A stretch of 64,000 bases of DNA, taken from NCBI RefSeq assembly GCF_902652985.1, contig NC_047016.1, positions 23,126,001 to 23,190,000 on the forward strand. The letters run 5' to 3'. The position numbers were made by a program, and so were the translations under genes. The notes below the pieces were generated by a model. The model ran no database searches. It was not told the DNA's origin and was given only the letters and a program-made list of their open reading frames with translations. The DNA is from Pecten maximus. Its lineage: Eukaryota. How positions within the stretch are numbered: position 1 is the first letter of the stretch; each line of letters starts with the position of its first letter. Below are positions 27,326 to 40,780 of the stretch, in pieces.

Positions 27326-30300
27326 ATGTCAATCAATGCCCTTACAAAAGTATATGGTATCATATAAATAATTTGTATTAGAAGTTTTTCCTGTAATATG
27401 TATTAACTCCAAACTTGTTTATATGCGTATGTTTAATAGACTGACGGCAAAAATCGCAAAATAATATATGTTATCTTGCTTAAATTATTAAAGAATGAAT
27501 AAAACGAATTTGAATGATTCACAATACATTGGAGTGGTATAGAATGCTTTGCCTTTTATGAAATGGAAGCGGGATATTTTACTTTAAATATATTTCAAAA
27601 CATTGTCCTATGTACAAACTGAATTCAATAAATTATCTGTTTTTATAATAAACTGGTTAATGCCATTTTTCATTTATCAGTAATACAGTACTCAGTATCA
27701 GTTAATCCAATGCTATGCCGGTGGGATCAGGATGGTGACCAAAATGTAAACTTTCATCAGGGGAAATCGTTGGTAAATAACCGACATAAGGTGCAAATAC
27801 GCAGGGTGGAAAAAACAGGCATGATACCATCAATAAAATGGGACTTTGAACACTCCATGGTAACAACAAAGACCAGCAGAAATCTATATACGTTTTTAAG
27901 AACGCAAAGAAAGAGTATGACAAGCGACTGCAGTAGTCGAGTCAAAAACAATATAATTAGTTAAAATGCTTTAAGTCATTTACGATAGAAACCGTCAGTG
28001 ATTTTCTAGCTCAACATGCATGTCATTATACATCCTAAAACGGAAATTAAATAATACGGGTTCAATACTACATCCACGTTCTATGTAGGAATTTAAAACA
28101 TGGCAAGGGTTTCTATCAGGTCCCTCAATCTAAGGAAGTAGTGTATGCGTTTTCACAATTACCGATATCTTTTTGAGGATATTGGATTTTATTTATTTCC
28201 CGAGATAAGAGAACATCATCAGTAAAAGATTACTATTTATTCTCATTAATTTTGCTTAAGTACTGTGGCTCTGTATTTTTATGTGCGGTCACCAGAGCGG
28301 TTGTTCAAGGGAAGCAACTCATAGGTTTTTAGAATGAAAATTAATCCATGTTGGCAGTAGAATCAAAGAATATATTTGAATTTTTCCCACAACACATCGA
28401 TTTCATACCTAAAAATCAAACACTACAGTTTTTACTCAGCGGGACTGAGACTCACAAAAAGGATTTACCTGTGGTCCCATGACAACAAGTGCGTGTCAAA
28501 TGTATATATTTATCCTTTCATTACAGAAGTCAAAGCACTGTAAGCCCGTGTTCACAACTCTCTGTATAGTATAAGCTGATCGCTAATTTATTTTTGATGA
28601 AGTCGAATATTGGTTACATTGACCTAAGAAAAACATTTAACTACAGGCGAATGTATATATTAGGTTAATATAGATCGATATAAACATGTATTAACCGAAA
28701 TCAAATCCTATAATTGCTTTATTATTTTTCTTATATTTTTGGAAAATCGAAGAGTGGTATGAATGATACAAAATTTAAAAGAAGTATTACCTTATACTGT
28801 ACTCATTTATTTCAGTGGAAAAAAATTATGACCTAACGATATAGATAAGATAATAACAATCCTACTCACGCTTAATTATCTATTTGATCACATAGTTAAT
28901 GTTAATACCGTGCATTTACAAGAAGTTACTGTTCCCCAGTTTATATTAACACAGTTTATATCTATATTTTCTTTCTCGAAATTGTGTCAAATGACACTTT
29001 TGTGTTCTAACAGTGAATAGTTATGACCTTATTTGTCACGTACATGTGATAATGCGCAAAACGTATCGTTTTCACGTCTTAAACGGAATGAAATCTGACC
29101 TCAGGTACCGTCTGAACAGTTTGACCGTTGTGCTAGTCGCCGACATTGTTTTTGTCCAGTCCACATTGTCTGAAATGTTATCCACAATCTTTTTGATAGA
29201 TTTGGAAAGATAGGCCAATTGGGCAGGTTGTAATGGAATACGGACGGACAGAGGGAAAGACAGAAAGACAGAAAGACTCCAGTATACCCTCCCAAAAACA
29301 CACCCCTCCCCGTCCCACCCCGGTGAATCCTGTTGGGGGGGGGGGGGGGGTATAACTAGAGTGTTGGAAGTCTGTACTTTTATATACAATCAGTAGTTTT
29401 TCTCTATATTCCTTGGTATTCATGGTGTAATTTGCAACGAAAATGGCTTCTGTCGGAGCACACATGCAACATATACTGTAGTGAAAAATTTACAATGTAT
29501 TAGCCTAGCGTCATATCTGAAAACGTTTTGTACACACCTTCCAACATTATGGTCTACTACTCGCTGTTGTCACAGTCATCCTAGAGGAGATATATCGCAA
29601 GGATGCTGACCCAAATATGGATGAAGCTATTTAGATAAAACAAAAAAGAGTATGATCAGAGATTTGTTAACCAAGTTTGTTTAATAATTCAGTTTCAAGA
29701 CGTTTGACCTTGCTAACCAAGGTATATAAGTCCAAATCTGTTTACCTCCGGGAAATATCAGAAGCATAAACCTTTTTCGATTTCCATATTAAAAACCACC
29801 ATTTTCATCTCCGGGGGTCGAAATAGAATGAATGTTTATGCTTTTAACTTGTCGAATCCGGTCAAACATATGTCCCTTTTGAGTGTTAAGACGTCTGTAA
29901 GGATTGCTTTTTTGCGCAATATATGTGAACCACATAAGCTATTTACGTTCTCAAATAACATGTATTTTTTTGCATATTTTACAAAAATGTACAAACAGCT
30001 TAGCAAATAACATGTCATCATCAAGACTCATGGTTAGAAATGATACATACTAACAATTGATCAGGCTAATTTTGTCCAATTGTACCAGAGTAGTGATTTA
30101 TATTTTTAGATATCACTAGATTTGCTATTAAGATGACCCTTAAATTTGAAATACAAATAGTTGTTTAAAATCTTATTCTGTTTAATGCAGGGGTAAGAAT
30201 TGACATTGTTGCAGTGCAGTAAGTCAGTTATTTTTTTAAAAACAGGACATTATGATACATCTGGTAATTCATCAAGTTGTGTTATTATAAAACAAAGAAA

Positions 30301-30425
30301 TTATATCGTCTGGACATTGTGTTTTCATGGAACATGAACTGCAGAAGTGAGATAAGCCGTTATCTCCGATTCGTCAACGAAACAATAAGGGTCGGACGGT
30401 ATCTGCTGGTTTGTACGAACCGACA

Positions 30426-33300
30426 ATGGTGTACACAGTACGATTAGGTCTAGTTTTAACCAGCGTTATTGTGCAAGGTATGGTAATTATTTCTCATTTA
30501 TCAAAAGGGTAATTAACACTTTTAATGATTATTATCATTAATTCTTTAAAACGGCTATATCCCGATTGGTACAAAGGATCATGAAAATTACTTTTTTGAG
30601 GAATTGCGTTTACTGTTTACATATGATCATTTATTGGAGATTGGATGTGTGAATTAAATGGGTTTTTTTTATTGAATTTTTAATCCATAATCAAAACGAT
30701 CTCAATTCATGTTTTTTTGTTAAAACATTGCAATGATTTTAATTTTTTTTTTAATTGACATTTCCCGTAATATGTACCTATTTAAAATATCCATAAAATA
30801 AACCTATAATATCGGAACTGTGACACTGATATTAAAAAAACAATTTTGGGACACCATTTTATATATGTGTGTACAGTGATTATGTTATGACTCACGCCTG
30901 TATGCCAATCCGTAATAACGTTTCTGATTCATTAATCTTCAGCGATCAGAGGATGTCCGAACGGTTGGACAGCTTTCAATGATTCCTGCTATTTGGTATC
31001 CTTTCATAAGGAAGATTGGTCAGCCGCGTCGGTAAATTATAGGACAACTCTAAATATTATTTATATCATGTTAAACGACTTCAGGTGTTCGAAAATATAA
31101 TCTTATTTCGTTGCACAAAAATATGCAGTATCAAAAATAACTTTACAATTCAATATACATTTAAGACTATAATTTTATTGAAAGGGCGGATCGGCCTATC
31201 TATCGAATTCATCTTTCACCATAAGTATTACTACCATGGATTGCATGTTCTGTTAATCAGTTTATATACGACATGCAGGAAATAAAGAATGCTGATTTTG
31301 CACAAATCCATTAACAAATGATTCATTTACAGACTGATTGTCACTCCTACCATGGTTATCTTGCTGAGGTTTTAGATTCGAACGAGAATAACTTCCTGAC
31401 TGAATTGGTCACACAATATCAAAGTAGGTTATGTTTCCATGTCTATTAAAATAATAAGATAATCGTTTTACAGGAGTGAAATTTCGCTCCTGTTATACTT
31501 ACAGAGGAAGACGTTTATTTTGTTTATATTTTTCGCATTGTCACCAAGAATGTGTTTAACTTGATATATGAAGAGATCATTACAATACAGCGGAAGCAGG
31601 AATCTTAGTTGCCTCCAGTGATATAATATAACCATGCCCCTCTATTGTTTAGAACACGAAGACTACTGGTTAGGCGCTACCGACATATTTGTGGAGGGAG
31701 ACTGGCGATGGAATGTAAATGGTCAACATTTAAATTACACCAACTGGCAACACGGGCAGCCAAACAATCTTCACTCCCATGGCGAGGACTGTTTAGCGGC
31801 CCACTATAGTAGCTCCCGCGTCCAATGGAGAGATTATGCATGCACGTCGAAACATTATTTCATTTGTGAGACTAGGTATGTTGGTAGAACAGTTTTCTTG
31901 GAAAAGAAACATAGTAGTTCTCTGTTATAACATGTGTTTTAGAACGGATAACACGTGTTTATTATTCGCGCGTTTTAGGTCTTAATGAGATAAACATATA
32001 ATTGTTATTGGAAATAGTTGCATAAATACATGTATTTTCCTAATTTTATTGCTTACAGGAAAATAAAACAATGTAAGTTTTAAAATAACCATAATAGACA
32101 TATATCATGGTACAACTAAATGAAGCTTTATTCGTAACATATGTATTAAGCGAAGTTATCGTCAAAACTGTGATGTAGTTAACGAGGTTAACGCCAAAAC
32201 TGTGATGTAGTAAGCGAGGTAATTGCTAACTTTGTAGAAACACTGTAATGAGGTCGCCATCATCATTAGGAAGTAATTGGTGAGGTCTCCATCATAACTT
32301 TGATTGAGTTAGTGACGTCATCATCAGAGCATTGATGTAATTAATCTGGTTATCAACAGAACAGTGGTGTAGTTGTGAGGTTATCTTCTGAACTGTGATT
32401 TAGTAAGATTATCTGAACTATGATGTAGTTTGTGGTGTTATCATCTGAACTGTGATGTAGTTAGTGAGATTATTATCTGAACTATGATGTAGTTAGTGAG
32501 ATTATTATCTGAACTTTAATGTAGTTCGTGATGTTATTATTTGAACTGTGATGTAGTTTGTGGTGTTATTATTTGAACTGTGATGTAGTTCGTGGTGTTA
32601 TTATTTGAACTGTGATGTAGTTATTGAGGTTATCATCTGAACTATGATGTAGTTTGTGGTGTTATTATTTGAACTGTGATGTAGTTATTGAGGTTATCAT
32701 CTGAACTGTGATGAATTTAGCGAGGTTATCACCTGAACTGTGATGTAGTTAGTGAGGTTATCATCTGAACTGTGATGTAGTTTGTGGTGTTATTATTTGA
32801 ACTGTGATGTAGTTAGTGAGGTTATCATCTGAACTGTGATGAATTTAGCGAGGTTATCATCTGAACTGTGATGTAGTTAGCGGGGTTATCATCTGAATTG
32901 TGATGTAGTTAGCGATGTTATCATTTGAATTGTAATGTAGTTAGTGAGGTTATTATTTGAACTGTGATGTAGTTTGTGGTGTTATTATTTGAACTGTGAT
33001 GTAGTTAGTGCGGTTATCATCTGAACTGTGATGTAGTTAGTAACGTTATCATCTGAACTGTGATGTAGTTAGTAAGGTTATCAACTGAACTGTGATGCAG
33101 TTAGTAAGGTTATCTTTTGAATTGTGATGTAGTTAGTGAGGTTATCATTTGAAATTGGTGAAGATGTTGGATATAATTACCAAAGTTAGTTGGTAGATTG
33201 TATACTGATTACTGCTGTACGCACCATGGTTTTTAAACAGAATCACATCAAATTTTGTCCTGTTTTTTTTTTCAGAGGCAGATGGATAACGTTCGGCTGA
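30426..33300 (+). CDS. C-type lectin gene 6 (159 aa, QPN/WRD)
   Basis: Exons 30426-30477, 30943-31031, 31333-31423, 31653-31875, 33276-33300. Loop reads LNYTNWQHGQPNNL. Confidence 0.92.
32150..33150. repeat. 32-bp minisatellite, gene 6 intron 4
   Basis: Same unit. Confidence 0.95.
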
Positions 33301-33457
33301 ATGTCAATCAATGCCCTTAAAAAGTATATGGTATCATATAAATAATTTGTATTAGTAGTTTTTCCTGTAATATGTATTAACTCCAAACTTGTTTATATGC
33401 GTATGTTTAATAGACTGACGGCAAAAATCACAAAATAATAGATGTTATCTTGCCTAA

Positions 33458-33911
33458 AGAGGCTTGCCCGCAGAGAGAGCAGAAAAATTGGCTAATAGAA
33501 AAAGATTTTTTACACATGACAGATTGTTGGAATTGTTGAGTTTTTCATTTTATTTTCCTTATAAAACGCTGAAAAGTGATATTAAAACCTCATTTTTAAA
33601 TATTATTTATTTAATCTCAACCCGCAATAAGTCTAATTTGATTGACACATCAAAGAAACAAGCACGTGCACAGTGCCGCACAGTGATAACTTCAAAGGCA
33701 GCGGCGATTTACAAAGAAGATTTGCCGTTATATTCCATATACATTTCCCTCTCAGGTTGAGTTTTTAAACGTCTTTTAAATACATATTCTGTAATTGTTT
33801 TCAAGAAATAAAGTAGGAAAGCCTCTAATTGTGTCACATAGAAACGTGTACTGAGGTTTATTTAGTGATCGGAGATGTGCCGTTTACCGGTCCGTCTGCG
33901 GGTAAGCCTCT
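33458..33911. mobile_element. 454-bp TTAA-targeting MITE (Kolobok-like) 3' of gene 6
   Basis: TIRs AGAGGCTTGCCCGCAGA and TCTGCGGGTAAGCCTCT (one mismatch); flanks CTAA/TTAA; empty site TGCTTAAAGTGCACC at 15211 in the gene 3 unit. Confidence 0.88.
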
Positions 33912-36847
33912 TTAAAGTGCACCATTATTAAAGAATAAATAAAACAAATTTGAATAACACACAATACATTGGAGTGCTATAGAATGCTTTGCCTTTTATG
34001 AAATGGAAGCGGGATATTTTACTTTAATATATTTCAAAACATTGTCCTATGTACAAACTGAATTCAATAAACTATCTGTTTTTATAATAAACTGGTTAAT
34101 GCCATTTTTCATTTATCAGTTATACAGTACTCAGTATCAGTTAATCCAATGCTATGCCGGTGGGATCAGGATGGTGACCAAAATGTAAACTTTCATCAGG
34201 GGAAATCGTTCGTCAATAACCGACATAAGGTGCAAATACGCAGGGTGGAAAAAACAGTCATGATACCATCAATAAAATGGGACTTTGAACACTCCATGGT
34301 CACAACAAAGACCAGCAGAAATCTATATACGTTTTTAAGAACGCAAAGAAAGAGTATGATAAGCGACTGCAGTAGTCGAGTCAAAAACAATATAATTAAT
34401 TAAAATGCTTGTAAGTCATTTACGATAGAAACCGTCAGTGATTATCTAGCTCAACATGCATGTCATTATACATCCTAAAACGGAAATTAAATAATACGGG
34501 TTCAATACTACATCCACGTTCTATGTAGGAATTTAAAACATGGCAAGGGTTTCTATCAGGTCCCTCAATCTAAGGAAATAGTGTATGCGTTTTCACAATT
34601 ACCGATATCTTTTTGAGGATATTGGATATTGTATTTATTTCCCGAGATAAGAGAACACCATCAGTAAAAGATTACTATTTATTCTCATTATTTTTGCTTA
34701 AGTACTGTGGCTCTGTATTTTTATGTGCGGTCACCAGAGCGGTTGTTCAAGGGAAGCAACTCATAGGTTTTCAGAATGAAAATTAATCCATGTTGGCAGT
34801 AGAATCAAAGAATATATTTGAATCGATTTCATACCTAAAAATCGAACACTACAGTTTTTACTCAGCGGGACTGAGACTCACAAAAAGGATTTACCTGTGG
34901 TCCCATGAGAACAAGTGCGTGTCAAATGTATATATTTATCCTTTCATTACAGAAGTCAAAGCATTGTAAGCCCGTGTTCACAACTCTCTGTATAGTATAA
35001 GCTGATCGCTAATTTATTTTTGATGAAGTCGAATATTGGTTACATTGACATAAGAAAAACATTAAACTACAGGCGAATGTATATAATAGGTTAATATAGA
35101 TCGATATAAACATGTATTAACCGAAATCAAATCCTATAATTGCTTCATTATTTTTCTTATATTTTGGAAAATCGAAGAGTGGGATGAATGATACACAATT
35201 TAAAAGAAGTATTACCTTATACTGTACTCATTTATTTCAGGGAAAAAAAATTATGACCTAACGATATAGATAAGATAATAACAATCCTACTCACACTTAA
35301 TTATCTATTTGGTAACATAGTTAATACCGTGCATTTACAAGAAGTTACTGTTCCCCAGTTTATATTAACACAGTTTATATCCATATTTTCTTTCTCGAAA
35401 TTGTGTCAAATGACACTTTTGTGTTCTAACAGTGAATGATTATGACCTTATTTGTCACGTACATGTGATAATGCGAAAAACGTATCGTTTTCACGTCTTC
35501 AACGGAACGGAATCTGACCTCAGGTATCGTCTGAAGAGTTTGACCGTTGTGCTAGTCACCGATTTTGTTTTTGTCCAGTCCACATTGTCTAAAATGTTAT
35601 CCACAATCTTTTTGATAGATTTGGAAAGATAGGCCAATTGGGCAGGTTGTAATGGAATACGGACGGACAGAGGGAAAGACAGAAAGACAGAAAGACTCCA
35701 GTATACCCTCCCAAAAACACACCCCTCCCCGTCCCACCCCGGTGAATCCTGTTGGGGGGGGGGGGGGGGGGGGGGGGTATAACTAGAGTGTTGGAAGTCT
35801 GTACTTTTATATACAATCAGTAGTTTTTCTCTATATTCCTTGGTATTCATGGTGTAATTTGCAACGAAAATGGCTTCTGTCGGAGCACACATGCAACATA
35901 TACTGTAGTGAAAAATTTACAATGTATTAGCCTAGCGTCATATCTGAAAACGTTTTGTACACACCTTCCAATAGTATGGTGTACTACTCGCTGTTGTCAC
36001 AGTCATCCTAGAGGAGATATCTCGCAAGGATGCTGACCCAAATATGGATGAAGCTATTAAGATAAAACAAAAAAGAGTATGATCAGAGATTTGTTAACCA
36101 AGTTTGTTTAATAATTCAGTTTCAAGACGTTTGACCTTGCTAACCAGGTATATAAGTCCAAATCTGTTTACCTCCGGGAAATCTCAGAAGCATCAATCGT
36201 TTTCGATTTCCATATTAAAAGCCACCATTTTCATCTCCGGGGGTCAAAATAGAATGAATGTTTATGCTTTTAACTTGTCGAATCCGGTCAAACATATGTC
36301 CCTTTTGAGTATTAACACGTCTGTAAGGACTGCTTTTTTGCGCAATATATGTGAACCACATAAGCTATTTACGTTCTCAAATAACATGTATTTTTTATGT
36401 TTTACAAAAATGTACAAACAGCTTAGCATATAACATGTCATAATCAAGACTCGTGGTTAGAAATGATACATACTTACAATTGATCAGGCTAATTTTGTCT
36501 AGTTGTACCAGAGTAGTGATTTATATTTTTAGATATCGCTAGATTTGCTATTAAGATGACCCTTAAATTTGAAATACAAATAGTTGTTTAAAATCTAATT
36601 CTGTTTAATGCAGGGGTAAGAATTGACATTGTTGCAGTGCAGTAAGTCGGTTATATTTTAAAAACAGGACATTATGATACATCTGGTATTTCGTCAAGTT
36701 CTGTTATTATAAAACAAAGAAATTATATCGTCTGGACATTGTGTTTTAATGGAACATGAACTGCAGAAGTGAGATAAGCCGTTATCTCCGATTCGTCAAC
36801 AAAACAGTCAGGGTCGAACTGTATCTGTCGGTTTGTACGTACCGACA

Positions 36848-39800
36848 ATGGTGTACACAGTACGATTAGGTCTAGTTTTAACCAGCGTTATTGTGCAAGG
36901 TATGGTAATTATTTCTGAATAATGAGCCATTATCTGTACTATGTAATACAGCTAAATATCAATTGGAAGCAGGATCTGGATTTGAGGACTAGTTAATACT
37001 GTTTTCATAGCATTTTATTGGACATTTTATGACCGTTTTTATTTCAAACCCATTATCAAACGATCTCGAATAGTATTATTTTGTATATACATTGTATTTA
37101 TTTCTTAATTGATATTTGCTTTTTTAAAATTTACAAAACCTAATTGAAATTGTGACACTGCTATTATTAAAAAATGCTTTTTCCGGGCAGTGCTTTATAT
37201 ATGTGTGTACAGTGACTATGTTATGTCTTATGTCTGTATGTCAATCTGTAATAACGTTTCTGATTCCTTAATCTACAGTGATCAGAGGATGTCCGAACGG
37301 TTGGGCAGCATCCATTGATTCCTGCTATTTGGTATCCTTTCATAAGGAAGATTGGTCAGCCGCGTCGGTAAACTATAGCTTAAGCTCGTGTTTTGTGTAA
37401 TTTTTGAATTTTGATAACTCGGGTGAAAGAAATACCATATACATCAACCACGATTTTGTTTGTGACCTGTTTCTACCACAATAGAAAGTCTATTATGAGA
37501 ATGACTTGAACTTTTTTGTGTCAACGTATGTTATTTCACAATATTAGGTGTGGTATAAGGATATATTACCTAAATTAGAATGCCGCTAATTAATATGCAA
37601 AACTGATCATTTCGGAAATGTATAGAAATATATATATAAAAAAATCATTGCAATTAATTAGCAACTTTAGTCTTTTCTAATCATTAAATTGAAAGAAGTC
37701 TATGTGTAAATTTTCAAAAATATGAAATATAGACCACGTGATTCAAATAGTCCCGGTCAAAGTTCATCGTTTCAATAAATCAAAATGCATTAACGGAGTG
37801 TTATTCAACAGTCGTAATGGTTATTTCATGCCATGGGATTGGAATTAAACCCTCCTATTATTGTAGAAATAATGTAAAATGACTTAAATTGTTCTAAACT
37901 AATAATCTTATTTTGTGGCTTAAAAAAGAAAACGGTAAGTTAAATATTAACTTTGAATTTCAATATGAATTTAAGACTGTACGTTTATTTAAGGGCTGTT
38001 CGGCCTCTATCAAAGTCATCTTTGGACATAAGTATTACTTTCATGGTTGGGTGTTCTGAACAATTAGGTTTATATGTGAAATAGGGAACAGAAGAAAACT
38101 GATTTCTCACCAATCCAATAACAAAAACAAATGATTCATTTACAGACAAAGTGTCACTCCTACCATGCTTATCTTGCTGAGGTTGGAGATTCAAATGAGG
38201 ATAATTTCTTGAAAGAATTGGTCGCTAAACATCAAAGTAGGTTGCGTTTTCATTTCTTTAATAGGATAATCGTTTAACAGAAGTGCGGTCGAAGTTATAC
38301 TAACAGAAGAAGACGTTTATCTTATTCTTATTTCACGCATTGACAAACAATGTATTTCACCTGATAGATAAAAAGATTAATACAATATATCGCGACCAGG
38401 AATCTTAGTTCCCTTAACTGATATAATGGTATCATGTCTATTGTCTAGCACACGAAGACTACTGGTTGGGCGCTACCGACATATTTGTGGAGGGAGACTG
38501 GCGATGGAACGAACATGATCAGCGTTTGAATTATACCAACTGGCACCACGGGGAGCCAAACAATCTTCACTCCCATGGCGAGGACTGTTTAGCAACTCGT
38601 TTCAGTGGTTCAAGCTTCCAATGGAGAGATTATGAATGCACGTCAGAACGTTATTTTATTTGTGAGACAGGGTATGTTAACATAGTAAACCCTAGCTTTC
38701 TGTTATAACGTTTATTTTAGGAATCATAGCAAGTGTTTAATAACCACGTGTGGTCATCAGATTACATAATATTTCTTGTTGAAAATATTTGCTGAAGTAC
38801 ATGTATGTTCCTGTCGTTATTGCTCAAATGAAAATAAAACAACGTTAGTTTTATCATATCCATAATAGACATATCTTATGAAACAATAAAGCGAAGCTTT
38901 ATCCTTAACTGATGTAGTAAGCGAGGGTATTGTCAGGACTGTGATGTAGTAAGTGAGGGTTTTATCGGGACTGTGATGTAGTAAGCGAGGGTATTGTCAG
39001 GACTGTGATGTAGTTAGCGAGGGTATTGTCAGGACTGTGATGTAGTAAGCGAGGGTATTGTCAGGACTGTGATGTAGTAAGCGAGGGTATTGTCAGGACT
39101 GTGATGTAGTTAGCGAGGGTATTGCCAGGACTGTGATGTAGTAAGCGAGGGTATTGTCAGGACTGTGATGTAGCAAGCGAGGGTATTGTCAGGACTGTGA
39201 TGTAGTAAGCGAGGGTATTGTCAGGACAGTGATGTAGTTAGTGAGGGTATTGTTGGGACTGTGATGTAGTAAGCGAGGGTATTGTCAGGACTGTGATGTA
39301 GTAAGCGAGGGTATTGTGAGGACTGTGATGTAGTTAGCGAGGGTATTGTCAGGACTGTGATGTAGTAAGCGAGGGTATTGTCAGGGACTGTGATGTAGTA
39401 AGCGAGGGTATTGTCAGGACTGTGATGCAGCAAGTGAGGGTATTGTCAGGACTGTGATGCAGTAAGCGAGGGTATTGACAGGACTGTGATGTAGTTAGTG
39501 AGGGTATCGTCGGAACTGTGATGTAGTTAGCGAGGGTATGGTCAGGACTGTGATGTTGTAAGCGAGGGTATGGTCAGGACTGTGATGTAGTTAGTAGGGG
39601 TATTGTTGGGACTGTGATGTAATAAGCGAGGGTATTGTCAGGACTGTGATGTAGTAAGCGAGGGTATTGTCAGGACTGTGATGTAGTTAGCGAGGGTATT
39701 GTCAGGACTGTGATGTAGTAAGCGCGGGTATCGTCGGGACTGTAATGTAGTTAGCGAGGGTATTGTCAGGACTGTGATGTAGTTTGCGAGGGTATTGTCA

Positions 39801-40780
39801 GGACTGTGATGCAGTAAGCGAGGGTATTGTCAGGACTGTGATGTAGTTAGTGAGGGTATTGTCAGGACTGTGATGTAGTAAGCGAGGGTATTGTCAGGAC
39901 TGTGATGTAGTTAGCGAGGGTATTGTCAGGACTGTGATGTAGTTAGCGAGGGTATTGTCAGGACTGTGATGTAGTTAGCGAGGGTATCGCTAAATGTGAT
40001 GCAATAACACTGTAGAGAGGTTATCAACAGGACTGCCATGTAGTGAATAAGGTTATCATCTGAACTATGATGTAGTTAGTGAGGTTATCATCTGAACTAT
40101 GATGTAGATTAGTGAGATTATCAACTGAACTATGATGTAGTTTGTGATGTTATTATCTGAACTGTGATGTAGTTTGTGGTGTTATCATCTGAACTGTAAT
40201 GTAGTTAGTGAGATTATCAACTGAACTGTGATGTAGTTTGTGGTGTTATCATCTGAACTGTGATGTAGCTAGCGAGGTTATCATCTGAAATGTGATGTAG
40301 TTTGTGGTGTTATTATCTGAACTGTGATGTAGTTTGTGGTGTTATCATCTGAACTGTGATGTAGTTTGTGGTGTTATCATCTGAACTGTAATGTAGTTAG
40401 TGAGATTATCATCTGAACTGTAATGTAGTTAGTGAGGTTATTATCTGAACTGTGATGTAGTTTGTGGTGTTATCATCTGAACTGTAATGTAGTTAGTGAG
40501 GTTATTATCTGAACTGTGATGTAGTTTGTGGTGTTATTATTTGAACTGTGATGTAGGTTTTGATGTTATCATCTGAACTGTGATGTAGTTAGTGAGGTTT
40601 TCGTCTGAACTGTGTGTAGTTAGTGAAGTTATCATTTGATATTGGTGAAGATGTTGGATATTCTTACCAAAATTAGTTTTTGGATCATATACTGATATAC
40701 CATTTATGCATTAAGTTTTAACCATCACATCAATATTGTCCTTTTTGTCTTTCAGAGGCCGGTGGATAACGTTCGGTTGA
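36848..40780 (+). CDS. C-type lectin gene 7 (159 aa, EPN/WRD), diverged paralogue of genes 3-6
   Basis: Exons 36848-36899, 37279-37367, 38146-38236, 38449-38671, 40756-40780 (GRWITFG*). 480 nt in frame. Confidence 0.9.
37378..37875. mobile_element. Non-autonomous DNA element in gene 7 intron 2
   Basis: Shares TGTGACCTGTTTCTACCACAATAG and ATGCCGCTAATTAATATGCAAA with ~45560-46170, and the latter motif with ~53540-54040; absent from intron 2 of genes 3-6. Confidence 0.7.
38910..40640. repeat. Compound 32-bp minisatellite, gene 7 intron 4
   Basis: Block A 38910-39990 GGACTGTGATGTAGTAAGCGAGGGTATTGTCA; block B 40050-40640 has the unit of genes 3-6. Confidence 0.95.

Larger units (their letters stand above)
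12020..37370 (+). repeat. Tandem segmental duplication, ~5.9-6.4 kb unit, four copies plus the start of a fifth
   Basis: ATGs at 12195, 18114, 24256, 30426, 36848 (spacing 5919, 6142, 6170, 6422). Introns and spacers near-identical, with copy-specific indels. Confidence 0.95.

Noticed and set aside
21572-34403. Recurrent 84-aa and 64-aa ORFs in the spacers
   Set aside because: They recur only because the unit is duplicated; the 84-aa ORF is truncated by a deletion at ~15437 in the first copy and shows no recognisable domain.
16862-35892. Poly-proline ORFs on the minus strand
   Set aside because: Derived from poly-G tracts, with frames that differ between copies.
12020-37370. The 6 kb repeats as an assembly artefact
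   Set aside because: Copies carry distinguishing indels (~15437, ~23715, ~34822), a private MITE and different minisatellite structures; four distinct versions exceed two alleles. Read depth should still be checked.
13880-40640. 32-bp arrays as CRISPR repeats
   Set aside because: Head-to-tail units with no unique spacers, inside eukaryotic introns, and no cas genes.
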